Assembly (NCBI GenBank): GCA_963775425.1 | Contig: CAVZJB010000016.1 | Coordinates: 1,152,001-1,216,000, forward strand | Direction: 5' to 3' | Origin: an uncultured delta proteobacterium | Lineage (GTDB): Bacteria; Myxococcota; UBA727; VGSZ01 | DNA length: 64,000 nucleotides | Shown here: positions 18,924 to 28,845 of the stretch, in pieces | Numbering within the stretch: the stretch's first letter is position 1 | Layout: each line of letters starts with the position of its first letter | Notes under the pieces: generated by a model | Databases searched by the model: none | What the model saw: the letters and a program-made list of their open reading frames with translations, nothing else | Told to the model about the DNA's origin: nothing | Translations under genes and position numbers: made by a program

Positions 18924-19757
18924 GTGGTGAAGCTCGCCGTTGCGGTCGCGGCTGCGGCGCTGGCGGTGGCGGTGTCTCCATCTCCTCCGGCGGCCGAGGC
19001 GTCGCCGGAGGCCATGGTCGCGTGGCCGGAGCCCGTCGTCCGGGTGGTGGACCTCGGGCGGCGCTTCGCGGCGGTGGACGTGGCGTGGCTGAGGACCGTG
19101 CAGATGATCGGCGACGACGACGCCGCGCGCGCGCACTATCCGCACCTCGAGGACTGGATCGACCTCGAGACACGGCTCGACGAGAAGTTCGCGGTCGCAT
19201 ACGCCTTCGGCGCCATCCTGTTGACCACGGACGCGGCGCGCGCCGACAAGGTCGACGAGATGCTCGCGCGAGGCGAGCGGGCCATGCCCGAGGACTTCAC
19301 CCTCTCGCAGTATCGCGGCTTCCTCGCGTACTTCGGCCGCCTCGACCCCATCGCGGCCGCCGAGCACTATGAAAAGGCGGCCCAGAAGGGCGGGCCCCGG
19401 TGGTACGCGCAGTTCGCCGCGCGCTTGCGCAAGCAGGGCGTCGAGTGCGAGGCCGTGCTCGCGAACCTCCAGGAGGTCTACAACGAGAGCAACGAGAGCA
19501 ACGAGAGCAAGTCGTCGTATCAAGCCGAAGCGATGAAGAGCGAGCGCGCGCATATCTTCGAGGCCTGTTGGAAAAAGACCATCGAGCTGGCCGCCACCAA
19601 GTTCCGGATGCAGAAGAGCGCCAACGCCACCGACGTCAAACAGCTCGTCGACGGGGGCTACCTCGGGCAGGTGTGGCAGCCGCACGGGATGTGCTGGCAG
19701 TTGTCCCACGAGCGCGCCACCCTCGCCCCCTGCCCCACGAACGGGGGCGGCCCGTGA
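18924..19757 (+). CDS. pilG: PilG-like accessory protein of the myxobacterial pilGHI ABC system
   Basis: Lies between pilA and the ABC ATPase. AVDVAWLRTVQMIG, LDEKFAVAYAFG and a TPR-like AAEHYEKAA are present. Confidence 0.65.
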   Translation: MVKLAVAVAAAALAVAVSPSPPAAEASPEAMVAWPEPVVRVVDLGRRFAAVDVAWLRTVQMIGDDDAARAHYPHLEDWIDLETRLDEKFAVAYAFGAILLTTDAARADKVDEMLARGERAMPEDFTLSQYRGFLAYFGRLDPIAAAEHYEKAAQKGGPRWYAQFAARLRKQGVECEAVLANLQEVYNESNESNESKSSYQAEAMKSERAHIFEACWKKTIELAATKFRMQKSANATDVKQLVDGGYLGQVWQPHGMCWQLSHERATLAPCPTNGGGP

Positions 19758-20656
19758 GCGACAACGCCATCGAGGTCCGGGACCTGCAGAAGAGCATCGC
19801 CGTCGGCTTCTGGGGCACCAAGAAGTCCCTCCTCGACGGCGTGAGCCTCACCGTCGCCCGCGGCGCCACCGTCGGCTTCGTCGGCCCGAACGGCGCGGGG
19901 AAGTCCACGACCATCAAGCACCTCATCGGCGGCGCGCGCCCGACGCGCGGCTCGGTCGAGGTCTTCGGCGGCGATCCCCGCTCACCCGCGGTGCGGCGAC
20001 GCTTCGGCTACATGCCCGAGCTCCCGTCGCTGCCGCCGACGCTGACGCCGCGCGAGATGATGAACCTGCACGCCTCCCTCTGCGGCGCCGGCCGCGACCG
20101 CGTGGGCGCGCTCCTGGAGCGCGTCGATCTCGCGGCGCGCGCGCGCGATCGCCTCGGAAGCTTCTCGAAGGGCATGCAGACCCGCCTGAGCCTGGCGCTC
20201 GCGTTGCTGCACCAGCCCGACCTGCTCATCCTCGACGAGCCGATGAGCGGCCTCGACCCCGTCGGGCGCCACCTCGTGCGGGAGATCCTGCGCGAGCACG
20301 CGGCCGCGGGGCGCACCATCTTCTTCTCGTCACACGTGCTCTCCGACGTCGAAGCCCTCTGCGACCACGTGGTGGCCATCCGGCAGGGTCGCGTCGTCTA
20401 CACGGGCAGCGCGGCGCAGGCGCTCGGCGAGGAGATCGACGCCTGGACCGTGCGCGTGCGCATGGACAAGGAGCCCTCCGGTGTACGCGAGGCGCGCCGC
20501 GAGGGTGACACGTGGCTCGCCGTCGTCGACGGCAAAGACGGTCTCGCGGCCGCGTCTTCCCTCAAGGACCAGGGCGGCGTGGTGCTCTCGCTCGAGCCGC
20601 GGCGCGCGAGCCTGGAGGAGCGGCTGATGGAGCTCCTCGGCGGGGGTGCGTCGTGA
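19754..20656 (+). CDS. pilH: ABC transporter ATP-binding protein (PilH-like)
   Basis: GPNGAGKST, FSKGM, LILDEPMSGLDP and SSH motifs. The GTG start overlaps the pilG stop. Confidence 0.85.
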   Translation: MSDNAIEVRDLQKSIAVGFWGTKKSLLDGVSLTVARGATVGFVGPNGAGKSTTIKHLIGGARPTRGSVEVFGGDPRSPAVRRRFGYMPELPSLPPTLTPREMMNLHASLCGAGRDRVGALLERVDLAARARDRLGSFSKGMQTRLSLALALLHQPDLLILDEPMSGLDPVGRHLVREILREHAAAGRTIFFSSHVLSDVEALCDHVVAIRQGRVVYTGSAAQALGEEIDAWTVRVRMDKEPSGVREARREGDTWLAVVDGKDGLAAASSLKDQGGVVLSLEPRRASLEERLMELLGGGAS

Positions 20657-21444
20657 GCGAGCGCGGCCGCTCCTTCCAGTCGCTGATCGGACGCGTGCTC
20701 GTGGTGGCATGGACCGGCTTTTTGCAGCTCGTGCGGACGCGCGTGTACCTCAACATCCTCGTCGCCGGCATCGCGCTCGTCGGCGCCGCCTTCGTGTTCG
20801 ACCGCCTCTCCGCGGGCGAGGGCGGGCGCGTGCTGATGGACGTCGGCTGCGCCTTCATCTCCCTCGTGGTCGCCGCGCTCGCCGCCACCATTGCCATCAC
20901 CGGCGTCACCCGCGAGATCGAGACCAAGCAGGCGCACCTCATGTTGGCGCGCCCGGTGGGGCGCGCGGAATTCGTGGTGGGCCGCTTCCTGACCACCGCC
21001 ATGCTCGTGGTGCTCACCAACGCGGTCCTCGGGCTCCTCTTGACCGGCCTGATCGTGGGGGTGGCCGGGCCGCAGCCGTGGCTCGCGGTGGGCGCTTGCC
21101 TGTTCGCGAGCTTCGAGGGCTTCATCGTCGCCGCCGTCGCGACGTTCTTCGGCGTGGGCTCCTCGTCGACGATGAGCGCGGTGTTCACCGTCACCATCTT
21201 CGTGCTCGGCCGGCTCACGGGCGAGATGCAGCTCCTCGTCGACCACGGCACGTTCAAGGTGGCGACGCCGCTTTTGCGGGTGGTGCACGCGGTGCTGCCT
21301 CACCTGACCGCGTTCGACCTCACCCCGCTGTACCACGGAGCGCCCACGGCGCCGCTGCTCACGAGCGCGCTCTACGGGTGCCTCTATGCCGTCGCGTTCC
21401 TCGCTGCGGCGGCCTTCCGGTTCTCCCGCCGCGACCTTCTCTGA
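20653..21444 (+). CDS. pilI: ABC-2-type permease (PilI-like)
   Basis: About 6 TM segments, REIETK..HLMLARPVGRAEFVVGRF and a C-terminal FSRRDL. Confidence 0.82.
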   Translation: MSERGRSFQSLIGRVLVVAWTGFLQLVRTRVYLNILVAGIALVGAAFVFDRLSAGEGGRVLMDVGCAFISLVVAALAATIAITGVTREIETKQAHLMLARPVGRAEFVVGRFLTTAMLVVLTNAVLGLLLTGLIVGVAGPQPWLAVGACLFASFEGFIVAAVATFFGVGSSSTMSAVFTVTIFVLGRLTGEMQLLVDHGTFKVATPLLRVVHAVLPHLTAFDLTPLYHGAPTAPLLTSALYGCLYAVAFLAAAAFRFSRRDLL

Positions 21445-24319
21445 CGGTGGTGTTCGCCAGGCTGCGCTCGGCGCCCATGGCCGCGCGGTGCGCGCCCGGC
21501 GCGGGGACGAGCGACGCGAGGCTCGGCGGCGCCTCCACCAGCTCCTGCAGCGCGGGGAGCACGATGCGATCCGTCGGCCACGGGTCCCGCGAGCTCGCGT
21601 CCATGGCCTTGTCGAGGAGGCCCGCGAGCTCCGCGTCGCGCCCGTCCGAGAGCGCCGCGCGCACGCGCACCCAGGCGGCGTCGGCGACGAAGCCGGCGGC
21701 GGTGGCGTGATCGGCGAGGTCGTTGAACGCCGTGCGATCGTCCTCGTGGATCTCGGAGCGCGCGGCGGCGAACGCGAGGGTCTCGACGTCGTCGAGCGGC
21801 TCCTGCATCGCCGAGAACGCCGCCACGCTCTCGCGGGCGCGGCCCGCAGACCAGAGCATGAGCGGCGTGGGCAGCGCGGCCGTGAGCGGGTCGGGCGGCA
21901 CCTGGTTGCGCCACACGAAGGGCCGCCCGCGCTGCGCGTCGACCTTGCGCCAGTCGATGGCGCCGCGCACCGTGGGCCGATCGCGCAGGTTGGCGTCGGC
22001 GAGCGCCTGCAGGTCCGCGCGCGCGTCGGACCGTCGCGTCGCTCGCGCGAAGAGGAACTCGAGGCGCGGGAGGTCGTCGGTGTTGAGGTCGTCGCCGTCA
22101 CCGCGCGCGAGGCGCGTGAGCGTGACGTCCGACGCGATGTGCAGCGCGAGCACGCCCTCGGCGCCGGTGACGCCGAAGAGCCGACGGAAGGCGGTGCGGT
22201 ACGGCTCGGTCTGCACGAGGGCGTCGAGGGCGGCCGTGTCCCAGACCTGCGGCGCCTTGGTGGCGACGATGAGCATGTCGCCCGCGCCGAGCTGCCACGC
22301 CGACAGGCTCGGGAAGACGCTCTTGAGCGTGGCGAGCACGAGGCGCATGGCCGCCGGGTCGATCTCGTCGCTTTGGAGGCGCTGGCCGAACACGCCGCCG
22401 TCGTGGAGCTTGTCGTAGACCGACGCGTAGAACTCACGCGAGGTGAAGCTCGCGACCCCTGCGTTCTCGTTGCCTGACGGCTCGGAGAGCACCAGGTCGT
22501 AGCGCTCGTGCGTGACCGCGAGCAGCTCGCGGCCGTCGGCGATGTGCACCCGCACCTTGGGATTTTCGAGCGCGCGCTGGTTGGTCGGGTCGCACCGTTG
22601 CGCGAAGCGCCGCATCGCGGGCTCCACCTCGGCGACGTCGACGCGCTCCATGCTCGGCAGCGCGCCGAGCCACCCGGCGGTCTGCCCGCTGCCGAGCCCG
22701 ATGACGAACGCGGTGCGCGGCGCTCCGAAGAGCGCCGCGGGGATGAGGCCGACGCCGACGCCCGCGGGCGCGTCGACGACCGCCTCGTCCTCGTCCGCGC
22801 CGTCGACGGCGACCGTCGCGCCGCGGCCGCGCGCGGCCGGGCCGTGCGCCATCAGGCACACGAGGGTGCAGGCGGTGAGCACGGAGACGAGCGCGAGGCG
22901 TGGGCGCTCCGACGTCGCGCGGCCGGGATCCTGCGAGCGGAGGGAGCGGCCGCGCTGGAACACCGCGACGACGGCGACGACGCCGGCGAGCGCGACGAGG
23001 GCCGCGGCGCTCGCGCGCCACAGGCCCACGGCGTCCACCACGGGGAGGAGCGCGAAGCCGCCGGAGAGCGAGCCCGCGATGGAGCCCAACGTGTTGGCGG
23101 CGTAGACCTCGCCGCTGTCCTTGCCCACCTCGCGCGCCGCCCGGCCCTTCAGCGACAAGAGCATCGGGAATTGGTAGCCGGCGACGACGGCCGCCGGCAT
23201 GACGAGCAACGCCGTGACCATCGTCCAGCTCAGGATGAGGAGCGGGAAGCTCCCGCGGCCCCACGTGGTCGCGAGCACGGCGAAGCGCGACAGCTCGTCG
23301 CCGGCGGCGTAGGGCACCAGCAGCACGAGGGCCTCGAGCGCGCAGGTGACCGCGAAACGCGAAGGCGTCGGCTCGCGCGGACCGGCGAACGCGTAGAGCA
23401 CGCCGCCGATACCGACGCCGAACAGGGCGCAGGCGAGCACGAGGCCGAACGTGTACGTGGAGCCGCCGAGGAGCGGAGCGGCGACGCGGTACCACACGAG
23501 CTCGGCGAGCAGGAACACGAAGCCCGTGAGGAACGCGGCCGCCAGCACCCACCGCGACGAGAACGCAAACCTGCGCTTCTCCTCGGGCGGCGCCGGCGCG
23601 GGCGCGATGACGGGATCGAGCGCCTTGCCACACGCGCGCGCGAGCAGACCGATCACGGCGTTGACGAGGCACGCGAGCCACAGGGTCTTGCGCGCGCCGT
23701 AGATCTCGAGGAGCGCGAACGTCGACAACAGCGCGCCGGCGACGGCGCCGAGCGTGTTGGTGCCGTACAGGAGCGAGAGGCCCTTGCGCCCGACGTCGGA
23801 CTCCGCGGTGACCGCGCGCGCAGCGGCCGGCAGCGTGCCGCCCATGAGGACGACGGGGACGCCGAGCACGAGCACCGACAGCAGCAGCCGCACGACGGTG
23901 GACGCGGCGCCGAGGCCCTCACTCCCGCCGGCGACGACGTAGGCCGCGCGCGCGGCGTCGAGGAGGAACGGCGTCACGGCCGCACCCGCGGCGACGCCGA
24001 GCTCGAGGTTGCCGTAGGTGACGAGAGGGCGCGCGGACCGCTCGACGCGACGGCCGAGCAGGAGCCCGCCGACGCCGAGGCCGCCCATGAAGATGGCGAG
24101 CACCGCCGCCGTCGACGGCGTCGACGCGCCGAAGATCAAACGAAACGCGCGCAGCCACACCGTCTGGTAGACGAGGCCGCACATGCCGCTCGCGAACAGA
24201 CACGCGGCGGCGATGGTGAGCGAACGCGAAGAGTTGCTCGGCGGTCGGCCGAAGCCTGAGGCGGGGGGCGACCAAGGACGCGACAAGCTCGCTTTGAATA
24301 TCCCATCCGGCGTCGACAA
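21359..24319 (-). CDS. Fused multi-TM / spermidine-synthase-like (SAM-fold) membrane protein, apparently degenerate
   Basis: SGMCGLVYQTVW, LYGTNTLGAVAG, VIGLGSGQTAG, VAEVEPAM and DGRELL...YDLVLSEPS. The start is uncertain and the 3' end overlaps pilI by 86 nt. Confidence 0.8.
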   Translation of the reverse strand: MSTPDGIFKASLSRPWSPPASGFGRPPSNSSRSLTIAAACLFASGMCGLVYQTVWLRAFRLIFGASTPSTAAVLAIFMGGLGVGGLLLGRRVERSARPLVTYGNLELGVAAGAAVTPFLLDAARAAYVVAGGSEGLGAASTVVRLLLSVLVLGVPVVLMGGTLPAAARAVTAESDVGRKGLSLLYGTNTLGAVAGALLSTFALLEIYGARKTLWLACLVNAVIGLLARACGKALDPVIAPAPAPPEEKRRFAFSSRWVLAAAFLTGFVFLLAELVWYRVAAPLLGGSTYTFGLVLACALFGVGIGGVLYAFAGPREPTPSRFAVTCALEALVLLVPYAAGDELSRFAVLATTWGRGSFPLLILSWTMVTALLVMPAAVVAGYQFPMLLSLKGRAAREVGKDSGEVYAANTLGSIAGSLSGGFALLPVVDAVGLWRASAAALVALAGVVAVVAVFQRGRSLRSQDPGRATSERPRLALVSVLTACTLVCLMAHGPAARGRGATVAVDGADEDEAVVDAPAGVGVGLIPAALFGAPRTAFVIGLGSGQTAGWLGALPSMERVDVAEVEPAMRRFAQRCDPTNQRALENPKVRVHIADGRELLAVTHERYDLVLSEPSGNENAGVASFTSREFYASVYDKLHDGGVFGQRLQSDEIDPAAMRLVLATLKSVFPSLSAWQLGAGDMLIVATKAPQVWDTAALDALVQTEPYRTAFRRLFGVTGAEGVLALHIASDVTLTRLARGDGDDLNTDDLPRLEFLFARATRRSDARADLQALADANLRDRPTVRGAIDWRKVDAQRGRPFVWRNQVPPDPLTAALPTPLMLWSAGRARESVAAFSAMQEPLDDVETLAFAAARSEIHEDDRTAFNDLADHATAAGFVADAAWVRVRAALSDGRDAELAGLLDKAMDASSRDPWPTDRIVLPALQELVEAPPSLASLVPAPGAHRAAMGAERSLANTTVREGRGGRTGRPPQRGTRRHRGTRRARS

Positions 24320-24352
24320 TCACGAAACCAACGCCGGCGGACACCGGGCGAG

Positions 24353-27300
24353 TCACCCGCCGATGGGGACGCAGGCACAGGTGCCCGGGTTGCAGGTGGT
24401 GGCGCCGGTGCACCCGTCGTTGCAGTTGGGGCCGCCGCAGTCGCAGCGGCAGTCGTCGAGGTTGGGGACGTGCGTGGCCGGACACGCCAGCGCGCCCGCA
24501 TCACACACGCAACCACACACCGACGGATCGTTGTCGAAGACGAAGCCGGGCGCGCAGGTGGCGCTCTCGACGCACTGGCAGGCGCAGACGGCGGGGTCGC
24601 TGTTGCACGTCGAGAACCCGCCGCACTGCCCGTTGCAGTCGGCGGCGCAGGTGGGCTCGCAGGTGGTGGTGTTGCAGGTCTGGGTGGGCGACAGGCTGCC
24701 CCCGCAGTCGGCCGGGCACTGGTAGGTGCAGTCCGAGCCGCAGACGAAGCTCGGGCCCGGCGGCGCGCCGGTGCACCCCCCGGGGGCGCAGGTCGGCGTG
24801 CACGTGGCCGGGTCGCAGACCTGGTTTCCGGCCAGCGGCGCGCCGGTGTTGCAGTCCGCGGGGCACGTGCAACTGCAGTCGGCGCTGTTGGTGTCGCAGA
24901 CGGCGCCGTTGGCGCAGCCGCCGCAGTCGGGGAGGCACTCCACCTGGCACTGCGCGTTGCAGGTCTGGCCCGGGGCGAGGCCGCCGGCGACGCCGCAGTC
25001 CGCCGGGCACTGGCACTGGTTGTTGGCGCCGCACACGAACGGCGGCTGGCAGTTGCAGGTGTTGTTGTTGCCGTCGGGGTCGGGGCTGTCCTCGATCCAG
25101 AAGCGGTACGAGACCGAGAAGGGCTGACCGACCTGGCTGTTGTCGAGCTTGGGACGGCAGGTGCCGAAGAACGTGATGCTGTTGGTGGCGCCGTCGTAGT
25201 CGAAGCCGTTGACGCGCGAGCGCGGGACGTCGTCGGTGTTGCAGGCCCCCTGCGTGGAGCCCGCCGGCAACGCCACCTTGATGGTGGCCGAGATGGGCGG
25301 CTTCTCGAGGACGTACGGCGACGACTGCGCGATGGACGCCTGGAGGATCTGCGCGATGGCGGCCTGGATCTTGGCCTGGTTGTCCGGGTCGTTGTTGTCC
25401 GGCAGCGCCGCCTCGATGCCGCCCATGGCGGACAGGAAGGTCTGCCAGCGGGTGTTCATGTAGTTGCCGTTTTCGTCGGTGCAGCCGGTGCCGGCCGGGC
25501 AGACGAGCCCACCGACGATGGCGCGGGACAACAGCGGGTCTCCCGCGCCGTCGAAGTTCTGGAAGTAGTTGACCCACGTGGGCACGGAGTGCGTGGCCAC
25601 CGCCTCGGTCTGGTTGCCCGCGACGTAGCGGCCGTCGCTCTGCTCGTTGGCGTCGGTGATGAAGATGACGACGAGCTGCGCGCCGGTGCGAAGCTTGTGC
25701 GCGTCGTTGGCGGCGCGCGGCAGGAGCGTGAACGGCGCAGGCGCCGCCGCGTACGTGACGTTCGCCGGGTACGGCGCGCGGTTGCCGTCGCGGCCGCATT
25801 GCTCGCCGTCGGCGGCGCCGCCGAGCTCACCGGTGCCGGTGAGGTTCTGATCGATGCCCGGACCGGAGACCGTGCGACCCGACAGACAGGCGAGCTGGCG
25901 GAAGAAGTTCTCCTCGCCGCTGCCGCCGGTGTTGAGCTGGTTGACGCACGTGGAGACGGTGGCGGCGTTGGTGGTGAACGGGCAGTACGTCTTCTGTCCG
26001 CCGCCGATGGAGCAACTGCCGGCGGCGCCGAGCTCGCAGGCCGCCCACGCGGCGGCGTTGTTGGTGAGCGAGTCTTGATCGCTCGACACCACGCCGATGC
26101 GGAAGTCCACGGAGGAGTTGGACAACTGCGAGCCGATCTGGGTGCCGGAGTTGGCGACCGCGGTCTGCTCGTTGTCCATGGAGCCGGAGTTGTCGATGAC
26201 GAGGAGGAAGTCGACCTTCTGCACGGGCTGCACCGTGAAGCGGTCGCACTGCACGCCGGTGTCGTCGCCGAACTGCGCGACCGCCGTGCCGTTGGCCATG
26301 TCGTCGACCTTGAAGCCCGCGCGCTCGACGGAGCCCACGCGCGACGTGGCGGCGAGCGAGACGACGACGATGGTGCTCGTGGCGGAGCGATCGAGGACCT
26401 CGACCTCCATGGTGTAGGGCCCGTGATCGGTGGAGCCGTTGGCGTCGAGGGTGCCGGTGGCGCCCGCCGAGAGCGCGTTGACGATGCGGTTGAGCGACGC
26501 CGCGGTGACGCCGTTTTGGCCGTCTGTCCAGGTGATGCGGCCGAGCGCGGCGTTGTTGCCTCCCGGCGAGTCCCACGACGGGAACGACTGGCTGGCGAAG
26601 GAGCCCACCGCGCCCACCGTGTTGAGGCGCGCTTCGATGGTGGCCATCTGCGCGGTGGCGTTGGCGCCCGCGACGTTGATCTTCATGGCCACGCCGGCGA
26701 CCTGATCGGTGGGATCGAACACCATGGCGCCGATCTGGTTGCCGCCCGCGTCCTTGAGCTCGGTGATGCGGTTCTGCGGGAAGTCGAGCGGGACCGCGAG
26801 GATGAGGTCGGCGGTCTGATCGGGGCGCGTGACGAGCGTGACGTCGCGGAGGTTCTCGATGCCGCACGCGGCGACGTCGGTGACGCCGACGTCGCCGGGG
26901 TCGTTGGGGTCGAGCTCGCCGGCGTCGACGGCGCCGTTCTGGTTGGCGTCCTCCGCGCCGTCGGGGAGGGTGTCGCCGTCGGTGTCGGCGTTGGTGGGGT
27001 CCGTGGTGGTGGACGGATCGGCGTCGACGACGCACGGCAGCGGCGCCCCTTGCGCGACGCACGCCGCGGCGGTCTGCGGATCGGTCCCGCCGACGCGACA
27101 GGTGGTGCCGGCCTCGACGCCGTCGAGGATGCCGTCGCCGTCGGTGTCGCGCTCGAGCGGGTTGGTGCCGTTGGCGACCTCCGCGCCGTCGGGGATGCCG
27201 TCGCAGTCGGTGTCGACGCTCAGGGGATCGGTCCCGTGCTGCACCTCGTCGCCGTCGTCGAGGCCATCGCCGTCGGTGTCGGCCTTGTTGGGGTCGGTGC

Positions 27301-28711
27301 CGAGCTGCGCCTCGACGTCGTCGCTGAGGCCGTCGCCGTCGGTGTCGACGTCGGGGATGCGCGGGTCGGTCTCGCCCGCGTCGACGATGCCGTTCCTGTT
27401 CAGGTCCTCGCCCGCGGTGCAGATGCCCGCGACGCTGGCGGGGCCGTCACAGATGCCGTCGAGGTCGGTGTCGGCGGCGCCGGGGTCCGTCTCCTGCACG
27501 CCGCCGCGGTTCGGCGGCGCGAGCGCGCCGTCCTGGTTCCTGTCCTCGGTGCCGTCGTTGATGCCGTCGCCGTCGGTGTCCGCGCGCAGCGGGTTGGTGG
27601 TGGTGCTCGGGTCCGCGTCGACGGGGACGCCGGTGCACGCGCTCCCGGGCACAGGGCCCGTCTTTCCGAGCTCGACGCCGTCGGTGAGCAAGTCGCCGTC
27701 GCTGTCACGCACGCGCGGGTTGGTGTGCGAGACGGTGATCTCCTCGAGGTCGGAGACGCCGTCGCAGTCGGTGTCGGGCTTGTTGGGATCGGTCTCGCCG
27801 GGATCGAGGACGCCGTTGATGTTGAGGTCCTCGCCGGCGACGCACACGCCCTGCACGGTGCCCGGACCGTCGCACAGGCCGTCGCCGTCGCTGTCGGGGT
27901 TGTTCGGGTCGGTGACGCCGTGGGCGGTCTCGAGGTCGTCGGGGATGCCGTCGCAATCGCTGTCGGGGTTGGGCGTGAACGGATCGGGGTCGACGCCGTC
28001 GGGGATGCCGTCGCCGTCGCTGTCCGGGTTGAGCGGATCGAGCTCGCCCGGGTCGACGACGCCGTTGTGGTTGACGTCCTCGGCGCCGTCGGAGAGGCCG
28101 TCGCCGTCGGTGTCCGCGGTGGCGGGGTCGGTCTCGCCGTTGTCGACGACGCCGTCGCAGCTCGCGTCCTCGGTGCCGTCGGGGATGCCGTCATGGTCGG
28201 AGTCGGTGGCGGCGGGATCGGTCTCACCGGGGTCGACGCGCCCGTTGACGTTTTTGTCCTCGACGCCGTCGGGGATGCAGTCGCCGTCGGTGTCGGCGGA
28301 GACGGGGCTCGTCGTGGTGCTCGGATCGGCGTCCGCCCACGTCGCCGGGCACTCGGCGTCGATGGCCGCAGTGCGCCCGGCTTCGACACCGTCGGCGATG
28401 CCGTCGCCGTCGCTGTCGTAGTTGCCCGGGTCGGTCCTTTGGCCGCCGGCGTAGACGGTGGTGAACTCCTCGAGGTCGGAGAGGCCGTCGCAATCGGAGT
28501 CGCGGGTGGCGTTGTCGGGGCTGTTGGGATCGGGGTCGCGGATGGGTTCGGTGGGCGGCGTCACATCGCCCTCACCTTCTCCCTCGCCCTCGCCTTCCCC
28601 TTCGCCGGTGTCGCCCTCGCCCTCGCCTTCACCCGGACCGTGGTTCGAACAATCGCAACTTGCGAACGGGATCACACCGAGCAACGCGGTGAGCAGAAAG
28701 AGGCGGGTCAT
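24353..28711 (-). CDS. cglD: CglD-like adhesin lipoprotein 1 (1452 aa): TSP3-type Ca-binding repeats, VWA domain and Cys-rich tail
   Basis: Lipoprotein-like signal (FASCDC), a (GE)n linker, many DTDGDG/ETDP repeats, MIDAS VIDNSGSM and CPADC repeats. The architecture matches myxobacterial CglD. Confidence 0.72.
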   Translation of the reverse strand: MTRLFLLTALLGVIPFASCDCSNHGPGEGEGEGDTGEGEGEGEGEGEGDVTPPTEPIRDPDPNSPDNATRDSDCDGLSDLEEFTTVYAGGQRTDPGNYDSDGDGIADGVEAGRTAAIDAECPATWADADPSTTTSPVSADTDGDCIPDGVEDKNVNGRVDPGETDPAATDSDHDGIPDGTEDASCDGVVDNGETDPATADTDGDGLSDGAEDVNHNGVVDPGELDPLNPDSDGDGIPDGVDPDPFTPNPDSDCDGIPDDLETAHGVTDPNNPDSDGDGLCDGPGTVQGVCVAGEDLNINGVLDPGETDPNKPDTDCDGVSDLEEITVSHTNPRVRDSDGDLLTDGVELGKTGPVPGSACTGVPVDADPSTTTNPLRADTDGDGINDGTEDRNQDGALAPPNRGGVQETDPGAADTDLDGICDGPASVAGICTAGEDLNRNGIVDAGETDPRIPDVDTDGDGLSDDVEAQLGTDPNKADTDGDGLDDGDEVQHGTDPLSVDTDCDGIPDGAEVANGTNPLERDTDGDGILDGVEAGTTCRVGGTDPQTAAACVAQGAPLPCVVDADPSTTTDPTNADTDGDTLPDGAEDANQNGAVDAGELDPNDPGDVGVTDVAACGIENLRDVTLVTRPDQTADLILAVPLDFPQNRITELKDAGGNQIGAMVFDPTDQVAGVAMKINVAGANATAQMATIEARLNTVGAVGSFASQSFPSWDSPGGNNAALGRITWTDGQNGVTAASLNRIVNALSAGATGTLDANGSTDHGPYTMEVEVLDRSATSTIVVVSLAATSRVGSVERAGFKVDDMANGTAVAQFGDDTGVQCDRFTVQPVQKVDFLLVIDNSGSMDNEQTAVANSGTQIGSQLSNSSVDFRIGVVSSDQDSLTNNAAAWAACELGAAGSCSIGGGQKTYCPFTTNAATVSTCVNQLNTGGSGEENFFRQLACLSGRTVSGPGIDQNLTGTGELGGAADGEQCGRDGNRAPYPANVTYAAAPAPFTLLPRAANDAHKLRTGAQLVVIFITDANEQSDGRYVAGNQTEAVATHSVPTWVNYFQNFDGAGDPLLSRAIVGGLVCPAGTGCTDENGNYMNTRWQTFLSAMGGIEAALPDNNDPDNQAKIQAAIAQILQASIAQSSPYVLEKPPISATIKVALPAGSTQGACNTDDVPRSRVNGFDYDGATNSITFFGTCRPKLDNSQVGQPFSVSYRFWIEDSPDPDGNNNTCNCQPPFVCGANNQCQCPADCGVAGGLAPGQTCNAQCQVECLPDCGGCANGAVCDTNSADCSCTCPADCNTGAPLAGNQVCDPATCTPTCAPGGCTGAPPGPSFVCGSDCTYQCPADCGGSLSPTQTCNTTTCEPTCAADCNGQCGGFSTCNSDPAVCACQCVESATCAPGFVFDNDPSVCGCVCDAGALACPATHVPNLDDCRCDCGGPNCNDGCTGATTCNPGTCACVPIGG

Positions 28712-28785
28712 GTTTGGCTCCGCAACAAGGCCTTCAGTCTAGCCGCACGGCGAAACCCCGTCTCGCGAATCACGGGACGTGTCGG

Positions 28786-28808
28786 CGAGGGGGGGCAGCC
28801 CCCCCTCG
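28786..28808. other. Perfect GC hairpin CGAGGGGGGG-CAG-CCCCCCCTCG between divergent genes
   Basis: A 10-bp inverted repeat is directly visible. Confidence 0.6.
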
Positions 28809-28845
28809 GGTACCGCGCAGCCGGGAATCGGGGTATTCGGCCACC

